DNA of 64,000 nucleotides from Planctomycetota bacterium (GTDB lineage Bacteria; Planctomycetota; PLA2; JAEUHO01): NCBI GenBank assembly GCA_965222115.1, contig CBDCTJ010000001.1, positions 96,001 to 160,000 of the forward strand, read 5' to 3'. Shown piece by piece: positions 1 to 9,799 of this stretch (position 1 is its first letter; each line of letters starts with the position of its first letter). The notes under the pieces were generated by a model. It saw only the letters and a program-made list of their open reading frames with translations, ran no database searches and was not told where the DNA came from. The position numbers and the translations under genes were made by a program.

Positions 1-114
1 CTAGCGACGATTCAAGCCGAAAACGCCGTTGGCGAAGAAGCGCTCGACCGCCGCGAATCACGCGCACGCGTCGAGCGCGCTCGCATTCGCGTTGGAAGCA
101 ATACAACTCACTAG
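1..114 (+). CDS. 3' end of a gene truncated by the window edge; possibly F-type ATP synthase epsilon subunit C-terminal helices
   Basis: Frame 1 is open from base 1 to TAG at 112-114 (LATIQAENAVGEEALDRRESRARVERARIRVGSNTTH). The Arg/Ala-rich ending resembles AtpC C-termini, but only 37 aa are visible. Confidence 0.3.
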   Translation, partial: LATIQAENAVGEEALDRRESRARVERARIRVGSNTTH

Positions 115-144
115 ACCGGTTCAGTAGCGATTGGGGTGTGATCT

Positions 145-612
145 TTGAGCACCGAACAGAGCCTTCAAGATCGCTACGCACCCAAGAACGCTTGTTTCGG
201 CTGCGGCCCGGCCAACGAAAAGGGCCTGCAGCTCAAGAGCATCGTTAGGGGCGACGTTGTCGTATGCGACTGGCAACCCGCCAAACACCACGAAGCGTTC
301 GACAACATGCTCAACGGCGGCATCTGTGGTGCCCTGCTCGACTGCCACAGCAACTGGACCGCCGCGTATCACTTGATGAAAGCGTCCAACGAGTTGATTC
401 CACCCTGCACCGTCACCGCCGAGTTTCACGTCAAACTCAAACGTCCCACCCCCACCAATCAACCGGTTCATCTCGAAGCCACCTTGGTGGAACTCAAAGG
501 AAGCCGCGCGGTCATCGAAGCCACGCTTTCGTCAGGCGAGCACGTGACGGCAACGTGCAGGGGAACGTTTGTTGCGGTGAAGCCAGGACATCCTGCATAT
601 CACAGGTGGTAG
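145..612 (+). CDS. PaaI-family (hotdog-fold) thioesterase
   Basis: CFGCGPANEKGL motif, NGGICGALLD helix and VTAEFHVKLKRPTP strand, typical of PaaI/4HBT thioesterases; TTG start. Confidence 0.88.
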   Translation: MSTEQSLQDRYAPKNACFGCGPANEKGLQLKSIVRGDVVVCDWQPAKHHEAFDNMLNGGICGALLDCHSNWTAAYHLMKASNELIPPCTVTAEFHVKLKRPTPTNQPVHLEATLVELKGSRAVIEATLSSGEHVTATCRGTFVAVKPGHPAYHRW

Positions 613-615
613 GCC

Positions 616-647
616 GATACTGTGTCAGGGACGAATTCACACTTTTC
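616..647 (+). repeat. 32-bp dispersed repeat, copy A (REP-like)
   Basis: GATACTGTGTCAGGGACGAATTCACACTTTTC; 29/32 identical to 10480-10511. Runs into the hairpin TCACACT...AGTGTGA. Confidence 0.85.
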
Positions 648-688
648 GTGGAGTGTGAGCGGGTTCTGTGTGGTCGTACGCAATTCAT

Positions 689-830
689 CTCACACAGAGA
701 CGCCAAGTTGCAGAGGCGCAGAGAGCGCAAGCGTTAGGGGGAGCCGCTTGGTGAGAGCAGGCGTGGTTGGTTGTGGTGCGCTTCTTGGAAGAAGAAGGCT
801 CTCACGAAGAACACTAAGATCACCAAGCGC
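689..830 (+). repeat. 142-bp dispersed repeat body shared with 21831-21972
   Basis: Ungapped match at a constant offset of 21142: 713-735 vs 21855-21877 (22/23) and 783-830 vs 21925-21972 (42/48). Confidence 0.85.
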
Positions 831-1020
831 AACCGTGTTGCGGGGAATATCCGGTGAAGTCGTTTATATCCGCGCGCAAAGAAGCGGAGACCGCAGAGGC
901 GCAAGCGACGGGGAACGAAACTTGCAAATACGCGGAACGGATTTCAATCGGTTCGACTCTTGGCGGATCTCACTAAGATAATCAACGTCCTCGCCGGTTG
1001 CGTTCCGCAACACTGTCAAC

Positions 1021-1124
1021 GGCCTCGCAGGGGCCACGGAACAATAGCCCGGGGCGAGCATAGCGAAGCGACGCGCAGCCCTGGGTTTGCGTTCACACCC
1101 AAACATTCCGCCCTGTATGGGCGG
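1021..1124. repeat. Cluster of three GC-rich palindromes (REP-like)
   Basis: GGCCTC-GCA-GGGGCC (1021-1035), AGCCCGGGGC...GCCCTGGGTT (1046-1087) and CCGCCC-TGTAT-GGGCGG (1108-1124), all in non-coding DNA. Confidence 0.55.
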
Positions 1125-1548
1125 CGGAAGCGCGGTTCCTGCAGCAGCACTCGCACATCGACATACATCCGTGACTCCGCATGTGCATCCGCAGTGGCTC
1201 GTGTAACGCACGCGTGTTGGTTGTGTCACGCTGCATGTTGCCTAGGAAACGGCTACACAAACGCCGTTCCAAACGCGCAAAGCCGCAAGCAGGCTAGCGT
1301 TGGACGTGTTTGACGCGTCGTTCATACAAGATGTGCTCCTAAGAACACGGGTTGATTTACTGCGAAAATCGTTGCGAATTTACGCGCCACCGGCCGCGCA
1401 TGTCTCTAGTGTCGATTTTGCGCTGTCGAGAAGCACGCGCGAGTCGCCGTGTTCCTCGTTTTCTCCGCAACGAGCGACAGTCACACATATTGGGGTACGT
1501 ATCCGCGCCAATCGCGGAGTGGATAGCTTCCCCGGTTAGGGGACACAG

Positions 1549-2784
1549 ATGACCAACGATACATTGGATAAGAAGGGGAATCGCGAGCCAAAGCAAGACC
1601 ACGAGCGTGAAGTTGGTTCCTCGGGTCGCGTTGATCGCGCGCAGAAGGTGAGGCGCGCTGCACCTGTCGCCGGTGTGATGCTTGTTGCGCTTGTAGCGGC
1701 GGTGATTACCGCGGCACCCACGCCGTATGAAGCTGATTTGGCGCTTTTGTCGAATGTCGATGCTCAGAAGCGCCAAGACGCGAGCGATCGTCTGGGAAAG
1801 GGAGGTAGCAAGCAGGCCACAAAGCTCTTGGACGAACTTGCAGGCAAACACTCCGCCGTCACACGCGCCGGTCTTGTGCGCTCTCTTTCAAAGCTACCTG
1901 TGGGTGGTGATCACGTGAGCGCACTTCGCGATCTCTTGGCGAGCGATAATGTGAACATTGCAGCCAGCGCAGCGCTGATTCTTCAGAAGGCGCCTAAGGC
2001 ACGCGACAAGCTTGTTGCCGAACTTGCGAATGTTCTTGCCGATGATCGGGTAGCCGATGGTGTCAAGGCTCGTGCAGCGCGTGCGCTCAAGGGAATCACC
2101 GGTACGGGCGCGAAGGCCCTGGAGGCCGCAGCCGCAAGTTCGGGGCTCACTAAGCTTGCCGCCATTCGCACGCTTGGGTTCATTCCAACGTCTGGCCCCG
2201 GCAAGCTCGCATCGATCGCCACGGATGAAAAACGCGAAGATCGAGATCGAGTTCTCGCGATGCGTTCTCTTGGTGAAGTCACGGGCAGCAACGCGAGTTC
2301 TGCTTCTTCCCAACTCAAGACGCTCGTGAAGAACACGTCGGGGTTTGTGCGCGAGCACGCCACAGCAGCACTTAGTGCGAGGGGCGAGTCTGGAAACACC
2401 TCGACGTTCGTCACGCTTGCGAAAGACAAAGACGCGCGCGTTCGGCTGGAAGCACTTCGCGCCATTCAGAAGGCGAAGGCAGTTTCAAGCGAGAAATCCA
2501 CGGTCAAGACGCTGCTATCCGATTCGGATGTTCGCGTGCAAGAACTTGCCTTGCGTCTCGCGGCCGCTGAGAAGCCGTGGGACTTGTCCGATGTCAAGAG
2601 CACATTCGTTTCCGAGCTTGGTTCCAAGAACTTCAAGATCCGTCTCGGTGCTGCCTTAGCGCTTGCCGCGTATGGCGACAAGGGCGGGCTTCAAACCATG
2701 AAGACCGACAAGGATTCATCCACCAAATCCGTCGCGGCCCAAGCCAAGGCCGCGTACGACCTCATTGACAAAATCGAAGAGTAG
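1549..2784 (+). CDS. HEAT/PBS-lyase-like repeat protein with N-terminal hydrophobic export or anchor segment
   Basis: AGGGGA RBS; hydrophobic stretch VAGVMLVALVAAVITAA; repeated motifs DKDARVRLEALRAI, LLSDSDVRVQELAL, FVREHATAAL, KIRLGAALAL. Confidence 0.8.
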   Translation: MTNDTLDKKGNREPKQDHEREVGSSGRVDRAQKVRRAAPVAGVMLVALVAAVITAAPTPYEADLALLSNVDAQKRQDASDRLGKGGSKQATKLLDELAGKHSAVTRAGLVRSLSKLPVGGDHVSALRDLLASDNVNIAASAALILQKAPKARDKLVAELANVLADDRVADGVKARAARALKGITGTGAKALEAAAASSGLTKLAAIRTLGFIPTSGPGKLASIATDEKREDRDRVLAMRSLGEVTGSNASSASSQLKTLVKNTSGFVREHATAALSARGESGNTSTFVTLAKDKDARVRLEALRAIQKAKAVSSEKSTVKTLLSDSDVRVQELALRLAAAEKPWDLSDVKSTFVSELGSKNFKIRLGAALALAAYGDKGGLQTMKTDKDSSTKSVAAQAKAAYDLIDKIEE

Positions 2785-2840
2785 GGCGCAACGCATCACC
2801 GAAAACCATCAAGCAAGGTGTGAGCGAGATTGGGGTAGAC

Positions 2841-5800
2841 ATGGCCAGCAAGAACAGAAACAGTCGAAAGCGTTCAAAGAAGGACAGCCGCCCGGAAACA
2901 CCTCGCCCATGGGTGCATACGCCTCTGGGGCTGGTTGCCGTAGGGCTTGCAACCTACGCTCTGGCATTCCTCGTGCTAACCGGTGGTCGTCGCATTCTTG
3001 CTGAGGCGGCGCCTCCAAGTCCGATCGTCATCACCGACTTCGGAATGAAGGACACGAGCACCACAGGAAATCCAAAGGAGTCGTACAACTTGGCCGGGCA
3101 GGCTGGCGGCATCTACCAGGTCGATAACGCGAACCGCCATGCGGTTTCGTTCACGTCACTAAAGCCCGCCCACTCCAACAACGCGGTTCAGCAGATTGAC
3201 TTGGATAAGACTTCCGGGGATGTCATCTACGGTGCGAGCAACGGTGAGATTGTTCGCGTTGACATGACGACCAACACGTCAACCACTGTCGGAACGGTTT
3301 CGGGTGCAGATTTCAAGGTAGCCGCGGCCGACAACAACTCCTCAAGTGTGGATGCCTGGGCGATCGACGCGAATACCAACTCGCTTTATGAGTTCAAGTC
3401 CAGTGGTCCGTCGGTACTCGGTAATCCCTCGTTTGGTCAGGGTCCAACCGAACTGGCCGGCCCCAAGCCCGGTAACAACAACGTCGTCGCTTTGGGAGAC
3501 GGTTCGGCTGAGATCTATCGTCTCGATGTGACGCTCTTAGTTGACTACGACGACACGTTTGCCGGTACCAATGTCGAGCCGACGGGTCTTGCGGTGGCCG
3601 ACGCAGACTATTGTTACGTCTCGATCAATGACGGCTCGACAGCAAAGGTCTTGCAGGTTGACTTGCGGGCATCGACCTTCGGTTTTGTGACGCCTGTTAT
3701 GGGCACGTACTCAAACGTGAGTGCGGTGGACATTTCTGTTGCCGGTCCATGGGTCACCGTACTCATGTCGGATAGCGCGAACAACGAGACGACCGCGCGC
3801 GTGTTTGATGTCGGCGTTCCAAGTTCGCCGCTTTACGTGGGCAGCGTGGACTTGTCGTTGGGCTACCAAGCCTACGGCGGGTTGACCACTTCGCTTATTG
3901 GCGGGGAGACCTATGACGATCTCGAATTTGTTTGGGCAAACGCCACCCAAGACATGAGCGTGACGACTGGACGAGATGTTGACAACGAATGGACCTATGG
4001 GACTGCGACAACGGTTGCTTCCGGCTTAAATCCTGTCGTGACACCCGCAGCGCCGGGATCACACAATCAAGCGGCGCTCGGCTGCTGCGGGCCTTGTCCA
4101 CCCTGGGGGCCCGAGGGCCAAGGCGAAGTTCGTCACAACGGCACGTGCGGCACAGCCACGATGTTTCCGGGTGGGGCAAGTGGCGGAGGCAGGATTCAGG
4201 GAAGCACGGGAGGTGCGTTGTCAATCTGCTCACTCGGCTCTTTCCCAGGCAGAGGCAAAGGTCTAGAGATTGAGCTGACCTATCGGTCACGTAGTAACTT
4301 TCCATATCGATACGGGAACGGGTGCAATCTCAGCCAGGATGTCCGCCTCAAGACCGAGACAAACGGCGACCTGACGTTTCAAAGTGCGTATGGACGCATG
4401 GATACGTATGTAAGCAACGGTGCGGGCGGATTCGTGAGCCCCCGACATTACGACACTACGCTAGTTGCGAGCGGGTCGGGGCATACGATCACGGATCGAT
4501 TTGGCCAGACAGCTACATTCGACGCGAATGGATACAGAACCAGTCTGGCGGACAGATATGGCAACACTCACACGTTTACCTATTCTTCAGACAAGCTGAC
4601 GAAGATCACAGATTCACTTGGCCGGATCTACAATTTTAATTACGACACCACGGGCCGACTTTCAAGCGTAGTAGACTTCGGCGGGCGAACGTGGACACTC
4701 AAGTATGATTACATTGGCAATCTGCGGCAACTGACAACTCCCGCATCTGCTCAGTTTCCTAACGGCCGTACAACCACATACTCATATTCGCCAAGGAACG
4801 CGGACTCCCGGCTCCAGGGCAACTTGATTCATGTAGAGAACCCCGGCGATGAGGTTGTGCAGACTCTGAAGTACAATGAGCACGACATGGTCGTTGAAGA
4901 AGTTCGAGGCGACACTTCGAAGATCATCAGTTATGACATCACGAACAACCAGACGACCTTCGTAGACCATGCGAGGAATACGACGCGATGGACTTTTGAC
5001 GCGAACGCGATGGTGACTGAGACGAAGATTTACACCAAGGGCCTGAGAACCGGGGAACCTACAGCGTTCACAACCGCATACACAATCGATTCAGTATCAG
5101 GATTTGTTAAGGCCGTCGTGTACCCGCGCGGCAACCGAACCGACTACACATATGACAGCTCCCTCAATCTCACTGAGGTCCGGCACCGGACGACGGACAC
5201 CAGCACCAACAGCGGCACGGATCTCGTTACCTCGTACCAGTACACGGCCCAATACAACCAAATGAGCCAAGTGACCGACCCCAAGGGCAACGTCACGTCC
5301 ATGACGGTTGATTCCTCTGGGAACACGACGGCCGTATCGCGACCTGCGGTCACGCAGCCGACGAGCCAGTCCATCGCAGAGACTTTTGCATACGATTCCT
5401 ACGGGCGCATCACGTCGGCAACCGATGCGGAGAGTCGCGTAACGAATTTTGTGTATTACACATCTGGTTCCCAAAATGGATACTTGCACAAAGTCATTCG
5501 TGATCCTGACGGGCTCTCGATCACCACGACGTTCCAATATGATCAGTATGGAAACGTAACCTCTGTAACAGACCCGAGTGGTGCCACGACGACCATCACG
5601 GTGGACGCCGAAAACTTTGTTACACAGATACAAGCGCCTACGCCGCTTAACTACAAACGCAAGTTCACCTACGATGCCAATCGAAATCTCACGCTGCTTG
5701 AAACGGAGAACCGCGACAAAGACGGCACGCTCGATCCCACCACGCCCTGGATTGAGACAAGTTATACGTACAACGAGATGGGCTGGCGTTTGACTGCCAC

Positions 5801-8800
5801 CCAAGATCTGACGTCGTCAAGTCAAGCGGTAACGACATATGAGTACGACGGCGAGGGCAAGGTCACCAAAATTCAAAGCCCGACGGGCGAAGAGACGAAG
5901 ATCGAGTACGACGAGCGAGCGTTGCTTTTCAAGCTCACGCGGGGCTACGGCGCGGCTGAAGCCTCGACGATTCAAGTGGACTACGATGCCAACGGCAATC
6001 GCAGCAAGACGATCAATGGCGAAGGCGACGCGACGAATTTCACGTACGATCTCTTTGACCGCGCCACGAAGCGAACGAACGCGCTGAGTCACTATGTTTC
6101 TTGGACCTACGATAAGAACGGAAACGTCCTGACGGCGGCAGCCTACAACGCCTCGAACGTGCTTCAGGCCAAGACGACGAATCATTTTGACGAAGTGAAC
6201 CGGATCTGGAAGCGTGTTCAGGATCGATTTGGCTCGGGCCTCACGCCGAGTTACCCGACGGTCACCATCCAGCACGATAAGACGGGTCGCGTCACCGAGA
6301 TCAAAGATCCGCTCAACAATAAGACGACCTATTCATACGACACTGCAGGACGCCAGACCAAGGTCCAAGACGCCGTTGGAAACGAAACCGAGTGGGTCCT
6401 CGATGCGCGCGGGCAAGCCACCAAGATCAAGCGCAAGGACATTCCTACGGCAGGCGGTTCCGAAACGTTTGAAACCGAGTTTGTCTACGATGCCCTGGGC
6501 CGCCTAACCTCCAAGCGCGAGATCGACCGGCTCAACGCTTCAAACATTTTGACGACGAATTTTTCGTATGACAGCCGCGAAAATTTGACCTTCCGAGTAG
6601 ACGCCGAAGGGAATCCTGTTCGTTGGGCGTACGACCTCGCGAATCGCCAGACGAGCTATGAGCGCGCGCTTGCTATTGGCACGTCGATTGACGATTTCAC
6701 CAATAGCATACTTGAGACAGCGAGCTTTGACGCCTCGGGCCGATTGACGTCGGTGACTGACGACAATCTGAACACGACGTCCTATTCTTATGACGCCCTT
6801 TCGCGCGTGTTCAAGACGACCTTTGCCGACACGAAGTTCGTGACCCGAACTTTCGATAAGAACGATCGCGTCAAGACGTGGACGGATCAGAACGGCACCG
6901 TGGTTACCAATACCTATGACATGCTGAGTCGTCTGACTTCGCGCACGGTCAATCGCGCCACCGGTGTCTTGGGAACGACGTCGGAGACCTATTCCTACGA
7001 TGCGCTAAACCGCATGCTCACCGCGAAAGACAATGACTATGAGGTGCAGTTCACGTATGACAGCGTGGGCAACGAGCTGAAGGAAACGCAGGGCTACACA
7101 GTGACAGGTCAAGAGAAGTGGCGCACCGTCACCTCGACGTATACCGACGCGGGCTCGCGTAGCGCGATTCAGTATCCGAGTGCCTTCAGTGTGCTTCACC
7201 AACGCGACGCCATCTACCGCATGACGGCCATGGTAGATTCCGCGGCCTCCACCAACATCGCGAGTTTCACATTCCAGGGCGCAGGCCGCCTTGCCAAGAC
7301 AACCAACCAGAACTCGACCACGACGGACCACGGGTACGACGGCTTTGCGCGTCTCTCGCAGCTCGATCACAAGAACGGCTCGGCTCAGAGCTTCCACACA
7401 TTCGACTACTTGTATGACAAAGTCCACAACCGTCGGATGGAGAAGAACTCGTTCAACGCCACCTGGATCGGCTCGTTACCGACCGGGATCCAGCCCTTCC
7501 TGAATGCGCGAAACGGCAAGGGCGATGTCTATGCCTACGATATGGCCTACCGCATGGTGGACACGCGTTACGACGTAACCAATCCCGCAACGGAGGTGGG
7601 CACACCCGGTTCGCAGACTTACGTCACCAAGCAAGTCTACACGCTCGATGGCCTCGGCAACCGCAGCCAAACGCAGCAGACTCCGTGGGGCGGCTCAGCC
7701 ACAACAGTTGCTTACTCGTTCAATGCGATGAATGAGTACACGGCGATTGGCGGTACTTCGCGCACACACGATAGCAACGGCAATCTGACGGACGACGGCA
7801 CGCAGACTTACCACTACGATTACAAAAATCGCTTGGTCGAGGTGCGGGTCAGCGGATCGAGCACAGTTGTAGCGAAGTACAAGTACGACGCGCTTGGGCG
7901 GCGGGTTGAGAAGCACGTTGTTTCAGGCGCCGTGACTACGCGCTTCATTCTCGATGGCCAAGATATCGTCGAGGAGTTTGACGGGAACAACACGTGGCTC
8001 GCGCGTTACTTCCACGAGGATCGTATTGATCACCCGCGAGCGATGGACCGGGCGGACATTTCAGATGTGGATGGGGACAGCAATACGTCGGAGATTCTGC
8101 GGTTTACGTATCACCAGAATGCGCTAGGAAACGTGAGCGAGATTTCCGCGCCTGGTGGTGGCGTCGTTGAGTGGGTGACGTATGACGTCTACGGGAAGGC
8201 GACCGTTCGAAACTCGGCGGGGACGACGCAGGGGTCGAGCTATGTAGGAAATCCGTTCCTGTTCACGGGGCGGGAGCTCGACGCTGAGTCGGGAATGTAT
8301 CACTATCGTGCGAGGGCGTACGATCCTGAAGCTGGAAGATTCTTGCAGAGGGATCCACTTGGATATGTGGATGGTCTGGGGTTGCACGAGTATTGTAGTT
8401 CGTCTCCCGGCACGCTTGTTGATCCAAGTGGCCGCGCCGACAAAAGACCGTCTAGGGATGAGCTGAAGAAGATGTCAGCTACCGCGAAGGGGAAAGTCGC
8501 GGCAAAGGCTGCGCGTGACGCCATCAAGAAAAAAATTGAAACTCTTAATAAGGCCAAGGGAGATCTTCAAAAGGCGATTGACGCCGCTGCCGACGCGCTA
8601 TGGGAAGCTGCGCAACAGGACGAGGAGTGGAAGAAAAAGCACAAGGGAAAGAAGCCGGAATGCTGGACTCGAAGTTCTCTGAAGAAGGCCGGGTTAAAGC
8701 CAAGCGATGCTCTCAAAAAACTCCTCGATCAGCTAGACGCGCTCGAAAAGAAGTTGGCCGCAGCGCAAGCGGATCTCGTGAACGCGGAGAAGGAGGTGAG

Positions 8801-9206
8801 CGATTACGATTCCGGGAAAAAGGGCCCAAGCAGGTACCTATTCATGTCGGGCGCAGGCACAACAACCAACGCAAACACGCCGCGACCGGGCATAGATGAC
8901 AAAGTTCGTGAGGATGGATCGCCCGGAGGTTTGTCGGCCGCGGAGACGCCAGGTCATCTAGGCGACCAAACCGGAAATTGGGGTACCTACCGCGTCATTG
9001 ACACCGGCGCAGCCCCTAGCTTAGGATATCAGCGAGATGGAGGGGCCAATGGAGGTCATGTAACGATTCGGCCTAGCACCAACGCAACTACACAAAGTGT
9101 GCGAGCGTGGGCAAGCACACGAGGATCGTCGAATACTGGGGATGGTGTACATCGCGCCACATCGGCGCTGATGGGAGCGAATGTCGGAACGGGTACGAAC
9201 AGATGA
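2841..9206 (+). CDS. RHS/YD-repeat polymorphic toxin with N-terminal TM/signal, beta-rich domain and variable C-terminal toxin
   Basis: Dozens of YD repeats; Rhs core FTGRELDAESGMYHYRARAYDPEAGRFLQRDPLGYVDG...PGTLVDPSG; DUF6531-like PGRGKGLEIELTYRS...YGNG. ATG 2841 preferred over GTG 2820. Confidence 0.95.
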   Translation: MASKNRNSRKRSKKDSRPETPRPWVHTPLGLVAVGLATYALAFLVLTGGRRILAEAAPPSPIVITDFGMKDTSTTGNPKESYNLAGQAGGIYQVDNANRHAVSFTSLKPAHSNNAVQQIDLDKTSGDVIYGASNGEIVRVDMTTNTSTTVGTVSGADFKVAAADNNSSSVDAWAIDANTNSLYEFKSSGPSVLGNPSFGQGPTELAGPKPGNNNVVALGDGSAEIYRLDVTLLVDYDDTFAGTNVEPTGLAVADADYCYVSINDGSTAKVLQVDLRASTFGFVTPVMGTYSNVSAVDISVAGPWVTVLMSDSANNETTARVFDVGVPSSPLYVGSVDLSLGYQAYGGLTTSLIGGETYDDLEFVWANATQDMSVTTGRDVDNEWTYGTATTVASGLNPVVTPAAPGSHNQAALGCCGPCPPWGPEGQGEVRHNGTCGTATMFPGGASGGGRIQGSTGGALSICSLGSFPGRGKGLEIELTYRSRSNFPYRYGNGCNLSQDVRLKTETNGDLTFQSAYGRMDTYVSNGAGGFVSPRHYDTTLVASGSGHTITDRFGQTATFDANGYRTSLADRYGNTHTFTYSSDKLTKITDSLGRIYNFNYDTTGRLSSVVDFGGRTWTLKYDYIGNLRQLTTPASAQFPNGRTTTYSYSPRNADSRLQGNLIHVENPGDEVVQTLKYNEHDMVVEEVRGDTSKIISYDITNNQTTFVDHARNTTRWTFDANAMVTETKIYTKGLRTGEPTAFTTAYTIDSVSGFVKAVVYPRGNRTDYTYDSSLNLTEVRHRTTDTSTNSGTDLVTSYQYTAQYNQMSQVTDPKGNVTSMTVDSSGNTTAVSRPAVTQPTSQSIAETFAYDSYGRITSATDAESRVTNFVYYTSGSQNGYLHKVIRDPDGLSITTTFQYDQYGNVTSVTDPSGATTTITVDAENFVTQIQAPTPLNYKRKFTYDANRNLTLLETENRDKDGTLDPTTPWIETSYTYNEMGWRLTATQDLTSSSQAVTTYEYDGEGKVTKIQSPTGEETKIEYDERALLFKLTRGYGAAEASTIQVDYDANGNRSKTINGEGDATNFTYDLFDRATKRTNALSHYVSWTYDKNGNVLTAAAYNASNVLQAKTTNHFDEVNRIWKRVQDRFGSGLTPSYPTVTIQHDKTGRVTEIKDPLNNKTTYSYDTAGRQTKVQDAVGNETEWVLDARGQATKIKRKDIPTAGGSETFETEFVYDALGRLTSKREIDRLNASNILTTNFSYDSRENLTFRVDAEGNPVRWAYDLANRQTSYERALAIGTSIDDFTNSILETASFDASGRLTSVTDDNLNTTSYSYDALSRVFKTTFADTKFVTRTFDKNDRVKTWTDQNGTVVTNTYDMLSRLTSRTVNRATGVLGTTSETYSYDALNRMLTAKDNDYEVQFTYDSVGNELKETQGYTVTGQEKWRTVTSTYTDAGSRSAIQYPSAFSVLHQRDAIYRMTAMVDSAASTNIASFTFQGAGRLAKTTNQNSTTTDHGYDGFARLSQLDHKNGSAQSFHTFDYLYDKVHNRRMEKNSFNATWIGSLPTGIQPFLNARNGKGDVYAYDMAYRMVDTRYDVTNPATEVGTPGSQTYVTKQVYTLDGLGNRSQTQQTPWGGSATTVAYSFNAMNEYTAIGGTSRTHDSNGNLTDDGTQTYHYDYKNRLVEVRVSGSSTVVAKYKYDALGRRVEKHVVSGAVTTRFILDGQDIVEEFDGNNTWLARYFHEDRIDHPRAMDRADISDVDGDSNTSEILRFTYHQNALGNVSEISAPGGGVVEWVTYDVYGKATVRNSAGTTQGSSYVGNPFLFTGRELDAESGMYHYRARAYDPEAGRFLQRDPLGYVDGLGLHEYCSSSPGTLVDPSGRADKRPSRDELKKMSATAKGKVAAKAARDAIKKKIETLNKAKGDLQKAIDAAADALWEAAQQDEEWKKKHKGKKPECWTRSSLKKAGLKPSDALKKLLDQLDALEKKLAAAQADLVNAEKEVSDYDSGKKGPSRYLFMSGAGTTTNANTPRPGIDDKVREDGSPGGLSAAETPGHLGDQTGNWGTYRVIDTGAAPSLGYQRDGGANGGHVTIRPSTNATTQSVRAWASTRGSSNTGDGVHRATSALMGANVGTGTNR

Positions 9207-9724
9207 ACCGTATTCAAGTCATTACACATGATTCATCGCCGACCGAATGGGTGAGACATCTACGTAAAATTCGGTTCGAGAGACCGATGTTAAGTGACGA
9301 GGAGTTGGTGACCGTGCTCGAATGTTTGCAGGGGCCTAGCTGGCCCTTGTGTGGTCAGCCAGAAGCAATGATCTTAAGGAGTGGTGAAAGGGCCATAGCA
9401 CCGATTAGGAACGTGCTTCGGGGATGCGATGACGAATGGCAAGCGACAATCATAGAGAGAATAGTTCGCTATTGGCCCCTGGTGTGGATCAACAGCGTAT
9501 CACCGGAGTTAAAGTCACTAGCACTCGATTCCGCCGCCAACAACAAACGAGAGATCATTCTCGCTTGTGTTTCACTTTGCGTTGAGTGTGGATTCATTTC
9601 GCCAGTGCAGGCTTGTATGCGGCTAGAGTCGATTTCCGATTTTGATTCGGAGGGAGATTTTTCCTCGGGATGGGCCGAACAGAAGCGCAATCTTCTGGAC
9701 GCGCTTAGGTCAGTTGCGTCGTGA
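9203..9724 (+). CDS. Putative immunity protein 1, DUF5071-like helical protein
   Basis: ATG overlaps the Rhs stop (ATGA). VLECLQGPSWP...GERAIAPIRNVLRGCDDEW resembles the DUF5071 pattern L..LQD.NWP...G..L.P.I..VL...D..W. Lower GC than the flanks. Confidence 0.7.
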   Translation: MNRIQVITHDSSPTEWVRHLRKIRFERPMLSDEELVTVLECLQGPSWPLCGQPEAMILRSGERAIAPIRNVLRGCDDEWQATIIERIVRYWPLVWINSVSPELKSLALDSAANNKREIILACVSLCVECGFISPVQACMRLESISDFDSEGDFSSGWAEQKRNLLDALRSVAS

Positions 9725-9799
9725 CCCCGCGCTCGCGAGTAGTAGGCTCTGTTTTCGTTCCCTCACACTCTCGTGGTGATTGCCGCAATTCGATTTTGA

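Noticed and set aside
622-1539. Several 60-120 aa ORFs in the first intergenic region
   Set aside because: They run through repeat and palindrome DNA and lack RBS, coding-like composition or motifs.
9107-9202. Upstream GTG start for immunity gene 1
   Set aside because: Lies inside the Rhs toxin tip; the ATGA overlap at 9203 and the paralog length fit better.
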